In this document: one piece after another, positions 59,148 to 64,000 of the stretch | Layout: every line of letters starts with the position of its first letter | Numbering within the stretch: the stretch's first letter is position 1 | DNA from: Raillietiella orientalis | Lineage: Eukaryota | Assembly (NCBI GenBank): GCA_036172245.1 | Contig: JAYWIR010000005.1 | Coordinates: 3,472,001 to 3,536,000, forward strand | Direction of reading: 5' to 3' | Length of the DNA stretch: 64,000 bases | Notes under the pieces: model-generated | What the model was told of the DNA's origin: nothing | Database searches by the model: none | What the model saw: only the letters and a program-made list of their open reading frames with translations | Position numbers and translations under genes: made by a program

Positions 59148-61240
59148 CACAAAGCGTTCGATTGCGTGGACCAGGAACTCCTTCTGGAGCTCCTGGATGT
59201 CATGGGCTTTTCGGACACGTGAACGGTCTACCTGCGGGCCTGTTGGCGCAATGCGATCATCAACATGTTTTTCAGAGGAGAGCACGTGTTCGTCGTGCCG
59301 GTGAGGCGCGTTATTCGGCAGGGCGACAGCATGAGTCCTATGCTCTTTAGCACCTATTTCGAACTGGTGCTGAGAGTATACAGGGTAACATTGGCTGCCC
59401 TGCCAATCTCGTGTCCAGGTACGCCGGCCGTAGCGGCTTACGCCGATGATCTTCTTCTCCTTTTGCCCATGTCCGCCCCGGCAGCCGCAGTCGAGGATTT
59501 CTTCGATCTGCTAAGCTGCGGGACTTGACTACGGGTAAATAAGTCGAAGCCATCAGTGGTAGCGGTTGGTGCGACGTGGGTCGGACGTCCTGACTGGATC
59601 CCCTTGAAGATTTTCACGGAGAGGTACTTGAAGTACCTTTGCGTTCCGTTGGAGGACTTCTGCCAGTCAGAAGCCTGGTCAGGATGTCTAGAAAAGTGGA
59701 GTCAGCGATAGGCCCGTTTTTCTAAGGCAAGCTTCACTTGCCGGAACGGGCCGCGGTGTGGAGCGCGTTCGCGGCTTCCCTCCTTCGCCCTCTGCTTTTT
59801 GTTTCCCCCGTACCCCGTGAACTGAAAAAAAGAACAAAGGACCTCCTACGCATCGCCCTGTGGGGCGGCGGGAGGCCTCGTGTGCCTTTAAAGGATTTGT
59901 GCGCTCCACGTCTGGACGGAGGTCTTAGCGTCCTGACGATGGAGCGAATGGAAACACAGCTGCGGTGGCGCACTCTAGCCATCGCAGCGAAAATGTGGAA
60001 CACCCCTTGGTGTGTTCCAGCCCGCCTTCTCGCCAGACGTGTGTCCGGGACTGAAGGACTCGCGTCTTTTCTTCTGTGCCCCGGCCGGAAAATAAGAAGA
60101 TGCGGACTTCTCCTGGGACGCATGGCCACCCTGGCAAAGGAGAGCGGGTGAATGGCCTGCAGCCTCGCCAACTCCAGCGCATGGCTGTAAGGAACAGTTG
60201 GAACGTGGGCAAAGTTGAAACACATCAGTGGAGAATCCTGCAACCGCCTGCGCACCGGCATCTACACCCTCTGCACGCTGCGGAACATGATCGTGTGTCC
60301 CGTCAGAAGCACTTGGGCGGAGAGGACCCCACTGGCCACGGCGCTGTCCTTCCTACGAAGGGTGCTTCAAAACAGCCGGAAGCCGAGATGGCAAGTCCCC
60401 TGCCGGATAGCGGGCAAAGAGAAGGATCTAAGCGGGTGGACAATGAAGGAACTGGCAGACGCCGCAACCCGAAGCGTTCACCCGCATGGAATACGGAGAT
60501 AGAGCGAGCTGCTTGGCATCCCGGCGGATGACCGAGAGTGGCCCCCGTTGTGCCTTTTCCACTCTCCCCCTCAAGTGGTAGGAAACGGCGCTGTTGTTGT
60601 TGCACTGAGGTCTTCCCTGAAACGCGCTCCGCCACCACTAAACGTTGGGGAACGTCGAACAGAACTGTTCAGTGTGCGGGGAGAAGAAATTTCTCCCCCA
60701 TCTGTTAGTGGACTGCACTGCCCTTCGGCCCTTGTGGGAACGTTATGCTACGACCCTCCCTATGCCGGTCGGCAGTACCCCCAGAGACGTTGTGAGACTC
60801 CTCTTCGTGCGAGACGCCCTGCCACCAGCCTCAACCCTGGCAGCGCTCTGCTGCCTCCGAGGGATTGTGGCCGCCTGTAGCAAAGCTAACAGAGGAAGCA
60901 GCGACAGAGACCCCATCGTACACGCGGGTCGCTACTGGCGAATCGCGATCGGCTGGTCCCATCTGGGAGCTATGACGAGGGACCTCGAGGGCTTCCTGGA
61001 AAGCATGGTCCCCTCCTCCAGCGGGCTGTGATCCCTTCCCTGCCCTCCAAATAGTTTCTTTTTGTTATTTCATTTATTTTTCTTTTTGTTTTATCCCCTA
61101 TCCCCTCCGCTGCCGAGGAGGACAAGCTGGCCTCAGAACCGGCTTCCTGGCAGGTCCCATGAAATATTGGCCGTAGCAGGGCCTAGTACCGCAAATGTAA
61201 AGTGTTTTTTTAATAAACGCCCCGGCGTGACCGAGTGAAA
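59148..61240 (+). mobile_element. Element J: RT-to-3'-end part of a C/S-type LINE
   Basis: Starts HKAFDCVDQELL; RQGDSMSP, YADD, CSVCGEKKFLPHLLVDC; ends AATAAACG-cccggcgtgaccgag-tgaaa. Confidence 0.9.
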
Positions 61241-62749
61241 ACTTCCCCGTGTCCAGTGATGACGGGGTAAATTGCAAGGCAGTGCCCAGTGCAACAGCAT
61301 CAGCGCCGAATCCTGCCATTTTAGGGGAAGGATCCTGGTTTCAGTTATTACTGGGGGACACTTCATGTCATCAGTCGTGATGCCGAGCAGCTCGCCCCAT
61401 TTTTTTAGTCCTCGCGGAAGGACGCTATGGGTTGTGGCGTCCGCTAGCTGTCCCATTGTCCAACCGCTCAACAGTTTTTCGCTGCCTGCGATACGGCAAT
61501 TGACTTGCCACCTCGGCGTCCGGCTGCTGACGATTGCCCTACGTAGGAAGGGTAGCACCGTCGCCAGGCAAGTCGCTTCTGCACACGTGATTCTGGCTGG
61601 ACACTCCACGATCTTGCGTAGATTGCAGCGGACGTATCGACCGCGTCGCAGCCTATTCCATGTCACGTGGCTCCTTTTATTCACTACAGCCCATGTGTCA
61701 ACTGTTTTATCCAGCCATGCGCTGGAGTTGACGGGGCTGCAGATCAGCCAAGCATTCTCCTTAGCCAGGGTGGCTATTCGTCCGAGGAGAAGGTTGCATC
61801 TTGTCTTCCTTCCACGACATAAAAGAAGAGATGCGAGTCCTCCCGTTCCGGATACACGTCTGGCGAGTAAACGGGCGGGAGCACACCAGGGGGTGCTTCA
61901 CAGCTTGGCTGCGATGGCCAAGGTTCGCCAACGCAGCTGAATTTCCATGCGCTCCAGCGTCAGGAGGCCTAGACCACCATCACGACGCGGAGCGCACAAG
62001 TCCATCAAAGGGACTCGAGGATTCCCCTTGCCTCAAAGGGCGATGAGCAGGAGGTCCTTGATCCTCTTTTTTATTTCTCTGGGGACGGGGCAAACAAAAA
62101 GTAGGGGGCGAAGGATGAGAGCCGCAAAAGCGTTCCATACTGCGGCCCGTTCCGGCAAGCGGAACTTCCCGTACAGGAAAAAGCGGATCGCCAAATCCAC
62201 TTTTTGGAGACGGCCTAACCATGCTTCTGAAGAGGATAAGTCCCCCAGCGAAACGCCAAGGTACTTCAGATGCGTGCTCGTTGGGATCCCCAGGCGAATC
62301 CAGTCTGGCCGTCCCACTCACGTCGCTCCAACTGCCGCCATCGACGATTTTGCCCTGTTGACCCGTAGCCCTGTCCCACGGCTTAGCAGGTCGAAGAAAT
62401 ATTCGACTGCTGTTGCCGGGGCGAACATTGGCAGCAGTAGCAGGAGATCGTCGGCATATGCGGACACGGCAGGCGTGCCATGGCACGAGCTTGGCAAGGC
62501 AGCCAAAGTCATCCTGTATGCTCTAAGCAACAACTCGAAATAGGTGCTAAAGTGCAGGGGACTGATGCTATCGCCCTGCCGAATCCCGCGGGGCACCGGC
62601 ACGCCGTACACGTTCTGCGCTCTGAAAGAGATGTTTGTTAACGCGGCTCGCCAGCAGGAGAGCAGGTACGCCGTTAATGTAAGAGTGAAGCCCATGTAAT
62701 GCAGAAGCTCTAGGAGGAGCTCCTGGTCCACACAGTTGAACGCCTTGTG
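61241..62749 (-). mobile_element. Element K: RT/C-terminal part of a C/S-type LINE, bounded by J and I
   Basis: HKAFNCVDQELL, RQGDSISP, YADD, KYLG; broken at HHWTRGS by the 3' end of J. Confidence 0.9.
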
Positions 62750-64000
62750 CGCTCCAGGGTGGACGTGTTTTCTCGGTGCTCCTCGTGCCAGGAAGTCTCC
62801 CCCAGTGCAGGCGTCGTGTGGTTCGGTGGTCGATCAGGCAGCGATGCCTGACACGACCACCAGGGATGGCCAGGGGGCAGCGGCAACGCCGCCCCCAGAG
62901 GCGATGGAGAGCCAGGGGGCCACGGCAACGTCGCCCCTAGAGGCGATGGAGGTGGGGACATCCGTCCCCACAGAATCGGTCAGCGCTGCAGCGCAAACGT
63001 GGAGCGCCCTTGTGTCGGCGCCATCGCCTGCAGCCGCGGCGGAATTGTCGGCCTATGTAGAGGAGGGGTACAACCCCTCATTGTTCTACAAGGTAGGCAA
63101 TTTATATTCTTTAGAGAGCGCGCGCGCCTTATCGAAGGGCATGCGCGCTCTCGATGTGAAAGAGGAGGAGCTCAGCGCTATGACCATCCGCAGCGGGGGT
63201 CAGAACGTTGAGGTCATCCGCAAACATGCAGAGCTAGCCCAACGACTGCTTAAAACCCCCGTTGTGATGGGGACGCGCAGGCTCCTCCCCACTACGGCGG
63301 ACCGCAGCATGGTGGTCCACCTGTTAGGCGTCACCGCGCGAATGCGCAAAGAACAGGTTCGCGCCGCTTTGGAACAGTTCGGAACGGTCCACGCGCAGTG
63401 GACGAAAGTAAGTCCTTTCGAGGACTACACATGACTGCAACACGGCCTCACTGCTGCGCGCTTGACCGTTCGGGAAGGCTGCACTCTTCCCCACAAACAG
63501 GTGGTCGAAGACGAAACCGTCGTCCTCTGGTATGTGGGGAAGCCGAAATACTGCGGCTTCTGCAATACGTCGGGCCACCTCAAAAAGAGGTGTCCCAACG
63601 TGCAGTGTCAAGTATGCGGCACAATGGGTCACACCAGGGAGGTGTGCCCAAAAGCAGCAGTGCGGGTGGTTTCCAAGAGAAACCTTAAAAAACGCGCCCG
63701 GCTTTTGCAGAAGAGGCTGGCGGCGAAAGCTGCCGCGAAGGCTGTGCAACCCGCGAACAAGACCCAGGCCGCAACCGAGACCCCGGCGACCAACGCCGAA
63801 AAAGTTGAGGGAGCCGGCCAGGAGACTGGGTGCCAAGTGGCAACGGCCAAAAAATCAAAGAAGGAGAGGAGGATGGAAAAGAAAATCGCCTACCAACAGA
63901 AGAAGAAAGAGCAGGGTAGCGCGATAATTAAAGAGTGCAGCGTCGTTGTCGAACGCGTTCTCGATGTTGCCGAACGCTGCCGGAAAGAACTCGCCGCTAC
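62750..64000 (+). mobile_element. Element I: 5' end and ORF1 of a G-type LINE (runs off the window)
   Basis: cgctccagggtggacgtg start; MPDTTTRDGQG...; very similar to G ORF1; in-frame stop at 63432. Confidence 0.92.

Noticed and set aside
14343..61240. Recurrent palindromic ccggtcacgccgggg motif as a CRISPR repeat, attC site or transposon TIR
   Set aside because: Spacing is irregular and kb-scale, and every copy maps to a LINE 3' terminus. No cas, integrase or transposase gene is present.

Overview
Eukaryotic (probably invertebrate animal) genomic DNA with no prokaryotic operons, RNA genes or CRISPR arrays. 1-2600 is unassigned. 2631-4552 is an AT-rich, intronless, frameshifted ankyrin-PRANC (F-box-like) pseudogene. 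~5570-12666 is a decayed APE-type non-LTR retrotransposon (P) interrupted by a 5'-truncated NeSL/Utopia-like RLE-type element, which is flanked by a ~205-bp direct repeat. From ~13020 to the end of the window (~51 kb) the DNA is essentially only nested copies of one group of L1/Tx1-like LINEs. Their ORF1 has an RRM-like region plus two CCHC knuckles, and their ORF2 has an APE endonuclease, RT and a C-terminal CCHC finger. The ~20 pieces are labelled here L, M, O, N, Q, R, S, T, A', F, A'', C, B, A, D, H, G, J, K and I. One copy (A, 34026-39972, minus strand) is fully intact. The main observation is that the nesting is not random: each subfamily repeatedly inserts, mostly antisense, at its own homologous position inside the conserved coding motifs of sister elements. 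The G/H/I/Q type hits the RT 'DLHKAFD' codons, the A/A'/L/M type hits the endonuclease 'QAxEI' codons (G|ATYTC), and the B/F type hits the 'LxDWD' codons. There are also head-to-tail tandems separated only by a target duplication. This points to a community of site-specific retrotransposons that target one another. They share a 5' GGACGTGT motif, TAATG/TGATG stop-start coupling, a covarying CUGCGN-loop hairpin in the 3' UTR, and an AATAAA + GC-hairpin 3' end without a poly(A) tail. All alignments were done by eye; identity estimates are approximate.
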